41,546 bases of DNA from a virus. Both the position numbers and the translations under genes were made by a program. Numbering within the stretch: the stretch's first letter is position 1; every line of letters starts with the position of its first letter. Below, in pieces: positions 1 to 9,615 of the stretch. The notes beneath the pieces are model-generated. The model searched no databases. It had not been told where the DNA came from and saw only the letters and a list, made by a program, of their open reading frames with translations. The stretch spans positions 1 to 41,546 of IMG/VR virus record IMGVR_UViG_3300035684_000007. The stretch is one strand, 5' to 3'.

Positions 1-127
1 GGCGGCCTTTGGAAACCCGACAAGGAAGACCGGCCGCTTTGCCGCCTGCTTCAAGAAGCTTAGGCACCGCTGGATCAACCGCACGATCGACTCCCGAACC
101 GTGAAGCACACGAACAAGCTTCAGATC
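1..127. repeat. Terminal direct repeat, copy 1 (identical to 41420-41546)
   Basis: Base-by-base reading shows ggcggcctttggaaacccgac...aacaagcttcagatc at both window ends. The repeat is bounded by the window edges. Confidence 0.95.
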
Positions 128-853
128 CAAAAGTGGATCGACGACTACGGGATCGATTCGGACTTCGTCCGCGTCCGTGTTCGCGGTCTTGAGCCTAATG
201 CGGGCGACTGCCAATTCATACCGAACGACTCGATCGACAACGCCCGCGGGAAGCATCTGAACCAATCTCAGTACACTTTTGCGCCAGTCATCATCGGAGT
301 GGATCCAGCGCTCTATGGGGATGATGAGTGCGTGATCGTGCTCCGCCAGGGGCTCATGTCCAAGGTGCTTGCTTCCTATAGGAAGATTCAAGACGACCTG
401 ATTGTCGCAGGCTACGTCGCGAAGTTTGAAGACGAGTACCAGGCTGATGCGGTCTTCGTCGACTTTGGACTCGGCACAGGGATCGTCTCGGGCGGCAGGC
501 AGCTGCAACGTCATTGGCAGCTTGTGCACTTTGGTGGCGCGGCCTCTGATCCTCAGTACGCCAACAAGCGAGCTGAGATGTGGGGCGAAATGAAGAAGTT
601 CCTGAGAGACGGTGGGGCAATCCCCGACGACCAGGTTCTCTGCGATGAGCTCCCGGCGCCCGAGTACTTCATCAACATGAAGGGGCAAATTCAGCTCGAG
701 AGCAAGGATGACATGAAGGCCCGCGGAGTGCCGTCCCCTAACAGGGCGGATGCGCTCGCGCTCACGTTCGCATTTCCAGTTCAGAAGAAGATTAGGGACG
801 GCCACGGCGGTCGCCTCGAATTTACACGTCGAGAGTATGACCCTCTCGCATAA
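2..853 (+). CDS. terL: Terminase large subunit, C-terminal (nuclease) part, continuing the ORF that leaves the window at 41546
   Basis: The frame of tracked ORF 101..853 is open back to base 2 and is in phase with 40800..41546 through the repeat. It carries RNaseH-like acidic motifs VIIGVDPALYGDDE, VFVDFGLGTG and NRADALAL. Confidence 0.85.
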   Translation, partial: AAFGNPTRKTGRFAACFKKLRHRWINRTIDSRTVKHTNKLQIQKWIDDYGIDSDFVRVRVRGLEPNAGDCQFIPNDSIDNARGKHLNQSQYTFAPVIIGVDPALYGDDECVIVLRQGLMSKVLASYRKIQDDLIVAGYVAKFEDEYQADAVFVDFGLGTGIVSGGRQLQRHWQLVHFGGAASDPQYANKRAEMWGEMKKFLRDGGAIPDDQVLCDELPAPEYFINMKGQIQLESKDDMKARGVPSPNRADALALTFAFPVQKKIRDGHGGRLEFTRREYDPLA

Positions 854-872
854 CGGATAAGGAGTTCTCAAT

Positions 873-1397
873 ATGTGCATGGCAGGTGGAGGCGGGAAGC
901 CGCAAGCGGCAGCTACGAGTGGTCAGGTTAGCGGCGTAAGGGATCAGCAAGGCCTTCAGGGTGGGAAGGTTCGCGCCCCATCCGAAACACCCCCTCCTCC
1001 GGTTTGGATGCCTGACTTGGGTGTTGATCTGTCGAGTATCCCCGTCGAAGAATCTCCGTTGGAGATCGATCCAGAGAAACTTGGTCCGAAGCCATTGACC
1101 CCGTATATCGGCCAACTCGACAGCGTAATGGTTGGAGGGCCGCCCCCGACAGGTGACCCTTACGCAGCCCCGCCTGCTCCTACTTCGGATGCTGGCTCAG
1201 GGCTCGCTGCACCTAATCCCACGACTAATGATCCAAATCCCCAGGAGACCGCGGCCCAGCGACTCAAGCGCATCTCGAAGCTTAGGCTTGGCCTTGCGAA
1301 GACAGTCCTGACCTCATCCCAGGGGGTGACCAATTCCCCGCTCGTATCGACCCCCTCCCTCTATTCGCCCGGAACGAACTCGAAGCTTGGACAGTAA
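873..1397 (+). CDS. Proline-rich hypothetical protein between terL and portal
   Basis: A TAAGGAG ribosome-binding site sits 9 nt upstream of the ATG. The protein is low-complexity and P/G/T-rich with a basic C-terminal segment RLKRISKLRLGLAKTVLTSS. No family was recognised. Confidence 0.5.
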   Translation: MCMAGGGGKPQAAATSGQVSGVRDQQGLQGGKVRAPSETPPPPVWMPDLGVDLSSIPVEESPLEIDPEKLGPKPLTPYIGQLDSVMVGGPPPTGDPYAAPPAPTSDAGSGLAAPNPTTNDPNPQETAAQRLKRISKLRLGLAKTVLTSSQGVTNSPLVSTPSLYSPGTNSKLGQ

Positions 1398-1410
1398 GGA
1401 AACCTGACAG

Positions 1411-3066
1411 ATGTTTGATCGGAAAGCAGCCCAACGAAGACTCGACGCCCTCCGAATGGAGGCCCAAAGCTGGCAACCCCAGTGGAAGGACCTCTCTCGC
1501 TTTGTCCGCCCAACCCGCGGGTTCTTTGGCGATACGCCGAACTCGGGGCGCGCTCCGGACTACAAGGCCCTGATCGATGGCACCTCGACTCGTGCTGCCC
1601 GGATCTTGGGCGCCGGAATGAGCTCAGGCTTCACCTCCCGGTCCCGGCCGTGGTTCAAGCTGATGCTTCCGGATACGGATCTCTCAAACTATCAACCCGT
1701 TCGCGAGTGGCTGGATCTCGTGCAAAGCCGAATGATGATGGTCTTTGCGAAGTCCAATACCTATGGCGTTTTGCACTCGATCTATGAAGAGATCGGTGCT
1801 TTCGCCACCGCTGCAAGCCTGGTCCTCGAGGACTACGACCAGGTCATCCGTGGCCGCAATTTCACGATCGGAGAGTACTACCTCGGTACTGGATCCGATG
1901 GTCGGGTGAATACTTTTGGCCGGGATTCCTGGTTTACGATCGGCCAACTCGTTCAGGAGTTCGGGATCAACAACGTGAGTGAGCAAGCCCGAGCTCAGTT
2001 CCGAAGCGGGGAAGTGGACCAGTGGGTGAAGGTGTGTCACCTGATCGAGCCCAATCCAGACCGCGATCCCGACAAGCGCGACAATCAGAATATGCCCTTC
2101 CGATCCTTGTACTGGGAGGAGGCTTCAAGTCAGGATGAGTTCCTGAAGCGCGCAGGCTACGAGGAGTTTCCGGTTCTCGCGCCACGCTGGGATCTTACGA
2201 CGACTGCTGATTGCTACGGCAAGGGTCCAGGCTGGGACGCCTTGGGTGATATTCGCATGCTCCAGAAGCTTCAGCGCGACAAGCTGATTGCGCTCGATAA
2301 GCTCGCGGATCCCCCGGTCCAGGCTGATACGAGCGTCCAGGGCGAGGTGAATACTTTGCCTGGTGGTGTAACAAGATCGAATAACAATACAGGTGGAATC
2401 CGCCCTGCGTACCTGGTGAATCCGGATCTGATGGCGATTGAGAATTCAATCCGCGCCACACAGTTTGCCATCGATAAGACGTTCTACACTGATCTCTTCC
2501 TCATGCTGGCGAACACGGACCGCTCCAATATGACGGCAAAAGAAGTCGCCGTCCGGCACGAAGAAAAGCTCCTCATGCTGGGACCCGTGGTTGAGCGCCT
2601 CGAGGGCGAGCTTGCCGACCCCCTGATTGATCGGACCTATGGCATCATGACCCGAAACGGTCTGATCCCTGAGGCTCCTCCCGAACTCGACGGCATGGAT
2701 CTCAAGGTCGAGTACATCTCGATCTTGGCCCAGGCCCAGAAGCTGATTGGCGTCTCCTCGATGGAGAAGTCGGCAGCCTTCATTGGCAACCTGGCTGGAG
2801 CCAAGCCCGAGGTCCTTGATGTCTATGACTTCGATCAGATGGCCATCGAGTACGGCGAAGTTCACGGTCTTCCCCCACGGATCATCCGCGGCAAGGAGAA
2901 GATCGAGGCGATTCGTAAACAGCGCGAGCAGGCTCAGGCTGCCGCTCAACAGCAGCAAAATGCCATGGCCATGGTTCAAGGTGCAAAGGTCCTCTCCGAC
3001 ACCCAAGTGGGTGGTTCGAGCGCTCTTGACGCTCTTCTCGGTACGACTGGAGCGATCACGCCATGA
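1411..3066 (+). CDS. Portal (head-to-tail connector) protein
   Basis: The 551-aa ORF lies after terL and before the scaffold and capsid genes. Its N-terminal pattern (W..W.DLSRFVRP...IDGT..RAARILGAGMSSGFTSRSRPWFKL) is typical of podovirus connector proteins. Confidence 0.85.
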   Translation: MFDRKAAQRRLDALRMEAQSWQPQWKDLSRFVRPTRGFFGDTPNSGRAPDYKALIDGTSTRAARILGAGMSSGFTSRSRPWFKLMLPDTDLSNYQPVREWLDLVQSRMMMVFAKSNTYGVLHSIYEEIGAFATAASLVLEDYDQVIRGRNFTIGEYYLGTGSDGRVNTFGRDSWFTIGQLVQEFGINNVSEQARAQFRSGEVDQWVKVCHLIEPNPDRDPDKRDNQNMPFRSLYWEEASSQDEFLKRAGYEEFPVLAPRWDLTTTADCYGKGPGWDALGDIRMLQKLQRDKLIALDKLADPPVQADTSVQGEVNTLPGGVTRSNNNTGGIRPAYLVNPDLMAIENSIRATQFAIDKTFYTDLFLMLANTDRSNMTAKEVAVRHEEKLLMLGPVVERLEGELADPLIDRTYGIMTRNGLIPEAPPELDGMDLKVEYISILAQAQKLIGVSSMEKSAAFIGNLAGAKPEVLDVYDFDQMAIEYGEVHGLPPRIIRGKEKIEAIRKQREQAQAAAQQQQNAMAMVQGAKVLSDTQVGGSSALDALLGTTGAITP

Positions 3067-3392
3067 ACTACTTTATGGACCCCGAAGCCGCAGACCGGGA
3101 GAAAGCACGCCGAGAAGAGGCCCATAAGCGGCTGGTTGAGCGCGAACGCGATGACCTCAAATTCGTTCTCTCCTGGCCGGAGGGAAGACGCCTGATCTGG
3201 AGGATCCTCAGTGAGGCTGGCGTCTTTCGTAGCTCCTTTACCGGAGGAGGCAAACGGACGTTCTTCAACGAAGGTAAACGAGACCTCGGTCTCATGATTT
3301 TGATCGACCTCATGGCAACGGATCCTGAGGTCTTTGCAAGGATGCAGCACGAAGCGGCAGCCGAATCCAAGAAAGAGGAAACACGGAAATGA
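3063..3392 (+). CDS. Bbp19-like small phage protein
   Basis: The start overlaps the portal stop (ATGA). The motif DDLKFVLSWPEGRRLIWRILSEAGVF...FNEGKRDLGLMILIDL resembles the Bbp19-like domain found after BPP-1-type portals (recalled from memory). Confidence 0.55.
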   Translation: MNYFMDPEAADREKARREEAHKRLVERERDDLKFVLSWPEGRRLIWRILSEAGVFRSSFTGGGKRTFFNEGKRDLGLMILIDLMATDPEVFARMQHEAAAESKKEETRK

Positions 3393-4171
3393 GTCAGCCA
3401 ATTACCCCCCAAGCTACCCCAACTCCAGCAGCAACTGCGGCACCGGCTCCGGTCGCAACGCCTATCCAGGCTCAGGCCGCACCGGCACAAGCACCATCCC
3501 CAGCGGCAAGCCCAGCACCCGTGGCGCCGGCTCCCGAAGCGCCTAAAGCGGATGCTCCTGCCCAAGTCCCTGCTGCGGACGACTCCGGCAGCCTGCTGGA
3601 TGAAGGCTTCGCTGCCCAGGAAGAAGCGGCGAAAGCTGACGCTCCGGCAAAAGATGAGCCCAAGGCTGAGGCTGATGCCAAGGCTCCTGAGAAAGACGTA
3701 AAGGCGGGAGCTCCTGAGGCATACGAAGACTTTGCGATCCCTGAGGGATTGCAAGCTGCGCCCGAGGCTCTGGAGCAGTTCAAGTCGTTGGCCAAGTCCA
3801 TGAACCTTTCGCAAGAGAACGCCCAGAAGCTTGTCGACATGCAAGCCTCGATGATTGCAACTCAGGCTGAGGCGGCGCTTCATCAGTACAAGCAAACCAC
3901 GGAGAACTGGAAGTCTGAGACCAAACAGATGTTGGGACCCGACTATAAGAAGCAGCTCGCGGTCGCTGCCAGGGCGATCGAGCGCTTCGGCACTCCGGAG
4001 CTCCGTACCCTCATGAATGAGACTGGGCTTGGTAACCACAAGGCCTTCGTGTCGTTTGCGATGAAGGCAGGCCATGCGATTGCTGAGGACAAGTTTGCTG
4101 AAGGAAGACCCGGTGCAGTCGGCCCGAAGAGTGCAGCAGAGACTCTCTATCCGGACCACTCGCGGCGCTAA
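3389..4171 (+). CDS. Scaffolding protein (putative)
   Basis: The gene lies between the portal and major capsid genes. It has an A/P-rich N-terminus, an acidic and helical remainder, and an ATGA overlap with the upstream gene. Confidence 0.6.
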   Translation: MSQPITPQATPTPAATAAPAPVATPIQAQAAPAQAPSPAASPAPVAPAPEAPKADAPAQVPAADDSGSLLDEGFAAQEEAAKADAPAKDEPKAEADAKAPEKDVKAGAPEAYEDFAIPEGLQAAPEALEQFKSLAKSMNLSQENAQKLVDMQASMIATQAEAALHQYKQTTENWKSETKQMLGPDYKKQLAVAARAIERFGTPELRTLMNETGLGNHKAFVSFAMKAGHAIAEDKFAEGRPGAVGPKSAAETLYPDHSRR

Positions 4172-4189
4172 TCTATAAGGAGATATAGA

Positions 4190-5188
4190 ATGGCGACGAT
4201 TGGAACTTCAGTAACTCTTCTCGACATGGCCAAGCGGTCAGATCCGAATGGAAAAGTCGACAAGATCGTCGAAGTGCTTCAACAGACCAATGAGATCCTC
4301 GCTGATATGCGATGGATCGAAGGGAACCTGCCGACCGGTCACAAGACGACGATCCGGACGGGCCTTCCTACAGCTACTTGGAGGATGCTCAACTACGGTG
4401 TCCAGCCGTCCAAGAGCTCAACTGCCCAAGTGACCGATACTTGCGGGATGCTCGAGTCCTATGCCGAGGTTGACAAGGCCCTGGCCGACTTGAACGGGAA
4501 CACCGCTGACTTCCGTTTCTCGGAAGACCGCGCGTTCTTGGAATCCATGAACGTCGAGATGGCACGGACGCTCATCTATGGGGACACGCGAGTGAACCCT
4601 GAGCGTTTCTTCGGGTTCGCACCTCGCTTTGACGCCTCTGACACGGACCCTATGAAGAGCGGCTCGAACATCATCAAGGCAGGTGGCGCTGGTGCGGACA
4701 ATACTTCGATCTGGCTTGTGGTTTGGGGTGAAAACACCGTGCATGGGATTGTCCCGAAAGGATCCAAGGCTGGTTTCCAGCACAAGGACCTGGGCGAGCA
4801 AACCCTCACGGATGCCAACGGTGGCCGTTTCCAGGGTTACCGGACTCACTACAAGTGGGACTGCGGCCTCACGGTGCGCGACTGGCGCTATGTGGTTCGC
4901 ATCGCCAACATCGACGTCTCTGATCTGACTAAAACCGGGGCGACGGGAGCAGACCTTCCGAACCTCATGACCCAGGCTCTGGAACTCGTTCCAAACCTTG
5001 GCATGGGAACGCCTGCCTTCTACTGCAACAGGATCGTCAAATCGTTCCTGCGTCAGCAGCAGGTCAACAAGGTGGCAGGTTCGACCCTCACGATGGAGAA
5101 TATCGCGGGCGCACCAGTCCTCTCCTTCGGTGGGGTTCCAGTTCGTCGTTGTGACCAGATCCTGAACACCGAAACCGTTGTGGCGTAA
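4190..5188 (+). CDS. Major capsid protein (HK97-fold, BPP-1 Bbp17-like)
   Basis: The 332-aa ORF has a strong AAGGAGA ribosome-binding site. Its N-terminus (MATIGTSVTLLDMAKRSDPNGKV..IVE.L...NEIL.DM.W.EGNLPTGH) is typical of this capsid family, and synteny fits. Confidence 0.85.
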   Translation: MATIGTSVTLLDMAKRSDPNGKVDKIVEVLQQTNEILADMRWIEGNLPTGHKTTIRTGLPTATWRMLNYGVQPSKSSTAQVTDTCGMLESYAEVDKALADLNGNTADFRFSEDRAFLESMNVEMARTLIYGDTRVNPERFFGFAPRFDASDTDPMKSGSNIIKAGGAGADNTSIWLVVWGENTVHGIVPKGSKAGFQHKDLGEQTLTDANGGRFQGYRTHYKWDCGLTVRDWRYVVRIANIDVSDLTKTGATGADLPNLMTQALELVPNLGMGTPAFYCNRIVKSFLRQQQVNKVAGSTLTMENIAGAPVLSFGGVPVRRCDQILNTETVVA

Positions 5189-5233
5189 TCGGAAACCCTT
5201 AGCTGATCACTGATCAAGAATAGGAAAACCAAA

Positions 5234-5635
5234 ATGGTTATCGATAAACAGCTGATGTTCTCTGAAGCACAAGCAGTGACCGGATCCGCAGCATCCCAGA
5301 ATGTCATTAACCAGGGTGCAGCCGGTGACGCTTATGATCACCCTTTGTTCCTGGTCGCCCAGGTGAAGCAGGCTGCGGCCGCGGCAGGTGCTGCGACCGT
5401 GAATTTTGTTCTGCAGACGGATGGCAACGAAGGGTTCACCACGCCTCGGACGGTTTATGATTCGGGTCCGATTCCTGTGGCCGAGCTCACGGCAAAGGCT
5501 GAACCCGTAAAGGTGAGGCTACCAGCTGGGCTGAACCAGTTCTTGCGGGGCTACTTTGTTGTGACTACTGGCCCGCTCACCGCGGGGAGCTTCAACCTGT
5601 TCCTCGCTCATGACGTGAAGGTAGGTAAGCAATAA
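5234..5635 (+). CDS. Capsid cement/decoration protein (Bbp16-like)
   Basis: The 133-aa ORF directly follows the capsid gene. It shows the pattern QLMFSEAQAVTGSAASQNVI......ATVNFVLQT....F......SG.IPVAEL.A......LP....FLRGYFVVTTGPLTAGSFN.FL. Confidence 0.6.
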   Translation: MVIDKQLMFSEAQAVTGSAASQNVINQGAAGDAYDHPLFLVAQVKQAAAAAGAATVNFVLQTDGNEGFTTPRTVYDSGPIPVAELTAKAEPVKVRLPAGLNQFLRGYFVVTTGPLTAGSFNLFLAHDVKVGKQ

Positions 5636-5877
5636 TGCCAAGGTATGAGGTGCTCCGCGATTGCTTCGGTTTCCAGCGAAAGTATTGGAAGCGAGGAGAG
5701 ATCGTTGAGCTTGAGTCAGGCATTGAGGTTCCGAAGTATTTTCGGCGCCTTCCAGACGACTCCCCAGCACCTCCCTCGGGGTCCGCGCCTGTCGTTTCCC
5801 AGGCAGCGGATTCCGAGGTCCCGGTGCAGCCTCATACAAAGTCCAAGTCCGATAGAAAGATGAAGTCTACGCGCTGA
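5635..5877 (+). CDS. Hypothetical protein
   Basis: The 80-aa ORF has a start overlapping the upstream stop (TAATG). No family was recognised. Confidence 0.45.
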   Translation: MPRYEVLRDCFGFQRKYWKRGEIVELESGIEVPKYFRRLPDDSPAPPSGSAPVVSQAADSEVPVQPHTKSKSDRKMKSTR

Positions 5878-5975
5878 ACTGAAACAGCTCGTAGGTCGTC
5901 GCAGGGGAAGCAGGGAGAGTCATGGATGGCTCTTCCTGCGACCTCTTAAGAGAGAGAAAGAGAAGAGAGTAGTAG

Positions 5976-6572
5976 ATGATTTCACAAGTCGATATCTGTA
6001 ACCTTGCCCTGACTCACCTCGGGGTCAAGCCGATCACCTCGCTCGAGGACTCGTCGGCTCCCGCTCGCGCTTTGAAGCTCATCTTTAACAACACCCGCGA
6101 CGCGGTTCTCAGAGCTCACAACTGGAACTTTGCATCCAAGACCGAAGCACTCGCCGAGATCTCAGGTGAGCCAGTCTTGGGCTGGAGCCATCTCTACAAG
6201 TATCCCTCGAATGCTCTGTTCATCCGGAAAATCATGAACGATCAGACGCTCTCGATCACAACTCCCCAGGAGTTCAAGGAGTGCCTATCGCCCAGGACGA
6301 ATCAGAAAGCGATCGCAGCGAAGATCCCGCTCGCCTACGCCGAGTTCACGGTTCGTATTACCGATTCCAACTCCTTTGATGCCAACTTCGTCGACGCACT
6401 TTCCTACCGGCTGGCGGCCACGCTCGCACAGCCTCTGACCGGTGACGCAGGGATGGGGAGCCGCCTTCTGGGAGTTTACGACGTCATGATCAGGGACGCG
6501 CACCGGGCAAACATGTCCGAGGGAACCGAGTCAGTTCGCAGGACCTCGAGCTTCGTGGATGTAAGGGGCTGA
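5976..6572 (+). CDS. Head-tail adaptor / tail tubular protein A (T7 gp11-like)
   Basis: The 198-aa size matches T7 gp11, and the gene sits immediately upstream of the nozzle gene. The N-terminal pattern IC.LAL.HLG...I.SL.D.S..A..L...F...RD.VLRAH.WNFA is common in this podovirus family. Confidence 0.6.
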   Translation: MISQVDICNLALTHLGVKPITSLEDSSAPARALKLIFNNTRDAVLRAHNWNFASKTEALAEISGEPVLGWSHLYKYPSNALFIRKIMNDQTLSITTPQEFKECLSPRTNQKAIAAKIPLAYAEFTVRITDSNSFDANFVDALSYRLAATLAQPLTGDAGMGSRLLGVYDVMIRDAHRANMSEGTESVRRTSSFVDVRG

Positions 6573-6576
6573 GACG

Positions 6577-9120
6577 ATGCCTGTCCATACGTTACAACCC
6601 TCCTTTGCCGGAGGTGAATTTGCGCCAAGTCTATACTCCCGCGTTGATCTTCAGAAGTACGGGGTAGGCCTGAAGAAGAGTCGAAACGGAATCAGCCATC
6701 CGCACGGAGGCTGGAGTAACCGTAGTGGAACCAAGCTCGTTCGGGCAGTGAAATATTCGAACCGGAAGACTCGCATCGTGTCGTTTGAGTTCTCGGTCGA
6801 GCAGGCCTATGCCATCGAGTTTGGGCACCTCTATTGCCGCTTCCACCTAGACGGCGGGACCATGCTCACAGGCAGCATCCCATATGAAGTCGCTACCCCT
6901 TACACCGAGGAGCAGCTCGAAGACCTCAAGTTCACCCAAAGCGCCGACATCCTCTATATCGTTCATCCGGATCATCAGCCGCGGATGCTTTCTCGATATT
7001 CTGACTCGCCCCCAGATTGGCGCCTTGACCTTTTTTCATTCGAGGGCGGCCCATTTATGACCTCGAACATCGAACCCACAAAGACGCTCGCGGTAAGTGG
7101 AGGGTCCCTGATTAAGGGGAGTACGGTGACCCTGTCCTCGAACTTCGACCTCTTTCAGTCTGAGCACGTGGGATCTCTATTTCGACTGCGACATCAGATT
7201 TCAGGGCAAGCGATGAGCCAGGCTCTGTCCTTCAATGCCGTGTCCGGTGGAAACATCAAGTGTGGCGGAACCTGGAGAGTGATCACGCACGGGAACTGGG
7301 GCGGAAAACTGAGCCTTGAGAAGTCGATCGACAATGGGTTGACCTGGACGCTCCTTCGTCACTTTTCTTCCAATTGGAATGCGGGCACTTCGGAAGGGGA
7401 CTTCAACGTCAATACCTTCGGGACCGATGAGGGCGTGTTTCTCCTCCGTGTCCGGATGGAAGGCCATCAGGGTGGAACCTGCAATGTCGACCTCTCGTCT
7501 GATCCCTTTGAGTCGACGGGAGTCGTGAAGATTACAGCTCGAGCGAATCTTCGCAGCTGTACTGCAAAGGTCATGTCCGAGGTCGGGAGTACTGCAGCTA
7601 TTTTTGATTGGGCCGAAGGCTCGTGGTCTGAAGCCCGCGGATATCCCTCCGCGATTGTCTTCTTCGAGGACCGCCTTTGCTTTGGTGCGACCTCGGCTGA
7701 ACCGCAGACCATTTGGATGAGTAAGACGGGTGCCTACAACGATTTTGGCCGGAGCCAGCCGCTCGAGGATACTGATGGTGTCACCGTGAATCTGCCGTCA
7801 CGCAAGATGAACGGCATCAATAATCTGGTAGGTCTTTCGGAGATCCTGGCCCTGACCTCTGCGACTGAGTGGCAAATCGGTCCATCCGATCAGGGCGCGG
7901 TCACCCCGACCTCGATTCAGTCCAAACTCCAAGGGTACCGCGGCTGTAGCACGGTGGATCCGGTCCACGTAGGTAACCGTGTGGTCTATGTCCAGCCCAT
8001 GGGCGCGATCATTCGTGACCTGGGCTATGACTACCAGTCGAGCGGCTACGCAGGCAATGACCTGTCGATCTTCGCAAACCATCTCTTCAGCGGGCACACC
8101 ATCACTGAGATGGCCTATCAGCAGGAGCCGGATAGCCTGATTTGGTGTGTTCGGAGTGATGGCAAGCTTCTCGCCCTGACCTACGTCAAGGAACACGATA
8201 TCGCCGCATGGTCCTGGCACGATACCCAGGGCCAGTTCGAGTCGATCTGCACAATCCCAGCTCAGGGCTATGACGAGCTCTGGATGGTCGTCAAACGGGG
8301 AAGCTCCCGTTTCGTCGAACGCATGGCTCATCGGGTAGCCTCCACGAATGCGAAGCATCAGTTCTTTGTCGACTGCGGCATAAGCTACGACCAGCCAAAG
8401 TCCATCACTGGGATCTCAAAGGCCGCATCCGCCGTAGTCACGGCAGCAGGGCATGGGTTCCTGCCGGGCGACCTGGTTGACCTCTCTGACATCGAGGCCG
8501 AAGCCGGGGGGATGAGTGCCCTGAATGGCCTTCGCTTCTTGGTCGGCGCAGTGACCACCAATACCTTCCAGCTTCTCGGTTCGGATTCAAGCCTCCCGGT
8601 CGATACCACGGGCTATCTCGCTTACTCGTCAGGTGGCGTAGCCAGGAAGGTCGTGACCGTTGTTGCTGGCCTTGAGCATCTTAATGGGAAGACGGTTTCG
8701 ATCCTTGCCGATGGAAACGTTCATCCGGCTCAAGTGGTTTCAAGCGGCCAAGTCACCTTGAACCCGGGCGCCTCGATCGTTCACGTGGGTCTCGCTTTTG
8801 AGAGCGACTTCCAGACCCTCAACATCGAACTCAGGCTCGGGGACGGGACGACGCAGGATCGTCGGGTGAAGATTCCCGAAGTCACCTTCAGATTTCTTAA
8901 CTCGCGTGGCGGCTGGATTGGTCCGGATTCGGACAACCTCACCGAAATCAACCAGCGGACGAATGAGGCACTCGGTGCTCCGATTGAGCTGATCACGGGT
9001 GACTATGTCGAGACGCTCAACTCCGGCTACGAGCGAAGCAGCAGTGTCTTCTTCCGCCAGCGGGATCCTCTGCCAGTTACCATCCTTGCTGTGATGCCCA
9101 AGGTCACGTTGGGAGGATGA
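6577..9120 (+). CDS. Tail nozzle / tail tubular protein B (T7 gp12-like)
   Basis: The 847-aa ORF occupies the gp12 position. Its N-terminus PSF.GGE..P.L..R.DL.KY..GL......I..P.GG...R.GT is typical of this family. Confidence 0.7.
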   Translation: MPVHTLQPSFAGGEFAPSLYSRVDLQKYGVGLKKSRNGISHPHGGWSNRSGTKLVRAVKYSNRKTRIVSFEFSVEQAYAIEFGHLYCRFHLDGGTMLTGSIPYEVATPYTEEQLEDLKFTQSADILYIVHPDHQPRMLSRYSDSPPDWRLDLFSFEGGPFMTSNIEPTKTLAVSGGSLIKGSTVTLSSNFDLFQSEHVGSLFRLRHQISGQAMSQALSFNAVSGGNIKCGGTWRVITHGNWGGKLSLEKSIDNGLTWTLLRHFSSNWNAGTSEGDFNVNTFGTDEGVFLLRVRMEGHQGGTCNVDLSSDPFESTGVVKITARANLRSCTAKVMSEVGSTAAIFDWAEGSWSEARGYPSAIVFFEDRLCFGATSAEPQTIWMSKTGAYNDFGRSQPLEDTDGVTVNLPSRKMNGINNLVGLSEILALTSATEWQIGPSDQGAVTPTSIQSKLQGYRGCSTVDPVHVGNRVVYVQPMGAIIRDLGYDYQSSGYAGNDLSIFANHLFSGHTITEMAYQQEPDSLIWCVRSDGKLLALTYVKEHDIAAWSWHDTQGQFESICTIPAQGYDELWMVVKRGSSRFVERMAHRVASTNAKHQFFVDCGISYDQPKSITGISKAASAVVTAAGHGFLPGDLVDLSDIEAEAGGMSALNGLRFLVGAVTTNTFQLLGSDSSLPVDTTGYLAYSSGGVARKVVTVVAGLEHLNGKTVSILADGNVHPAQVVSSGQVTLNPGASIVHVGLAFESDFQTLNIELRLGDGTTQDRRVKIPEVTFRFLNSRGGWIGPDSDNLTEINQRTNEALGAPIELITGDYVETLNSGYERSSSVFFRQRDPLPVTILAVMPKVTLGG

Positions 9121-9127
9121 GGGAGAC

Positions 9128-9613
9128 ATGAGCGTGCTTTACCAGGACAGGCAATTCAGAGTGAGACCCTCGGTCCTCGAGGACGTGTGCTCCTTGAGGG
9201 ATAGGCTCCGCCCTGAGCATGTGGATGAGGTCATGGCTTCTCACCGGTTTACTCCGGAGCGGGCACTTCTTGTGTCCTATCTCAATTCCCAGGACTGCTT
9301 CACCTTCGAGCACCAGGGCAGGCCGATTGCGATGTTCGGCGTAGCTCAAGACCCACTTACCCCAGGGGCTGGCTCCATCTGGCTTCTCGGGAGCACCGAG
9401 GTCACCGCGGTTCCGCGGATGTTCCTTAAGCTCAGCCGGAGGTGCCTGGCTCACTTTCGAAGCAAGTACTGGCTTCTTCAGAACTGGGCCGATGCCCGCT
9501 TCAATGATTCGATCCTTTGGCTCAGGTGGCTGGGTGCGGAGGTCCATCCCGCTATCCGCTACGGGGCTCAGGGTCTACCGTTTCACTACTTCAAATTTCA
9601 AAGAGGATTTTAA
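9128..9613 (+). CDS. Internal virion protein A (T7 gp13-position, GNAT-like/DUF2833-like)
   Basis: The 161-aa ORF directly follows the nozzle gene. It shows the pattern FRVRP....D...LR..LRPE.V.E.......P...L..S......F.....G.PIAMFGV......G.IWLLGS.E...........L.NWADARFN.S..WL.WLGA. Confidence 0.5.
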   Translation: MSVLYQDRQFRVRPSVLEDVCSLRDRLRPEHVDEVMASHRFTPERALLVSYLNSQDCFTFEHQGRPIAMFGVAQDPLTPGAGSIWLLGSTEVTAVPRMFLKLSRRCLAHFRSKYWLLQNWADARFNDSILWLRWLGAEVHPAIRYGAQGLPFHYFKFQRGF

Positions 9614-9615
9614 CC

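Noticed and set aside
3068-4159. 363-aa minus-strand ORF covering the Bbp19-like and scaffold genes
   Set aside because: Its composition is Arg/Ser/Leu/Cys-rich and lacks protein-like character. It is antisense to syntenic, motif-bearing plus-strand genes, as expected for a shadow ORF in GC-rich DNA.
5898-5942. Long imperfect stem-loop (gtcgcagg...cctgcgac) after the capsid gene block as a terminator
   Set aside because: No U-tract follows it (ctcttaag). It may still be an RNA-stability or attenuator element, but I cannot support a terminator call.
9517-9615. N-terminal 33-codon extension of the gp14-position ORF as given in the track
   Set aside because: The extension lies wholly inside the upstream gene. 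The ATG at 9616 has an AAGAGGA ribosome-binding site and starts right after the upstream stop.
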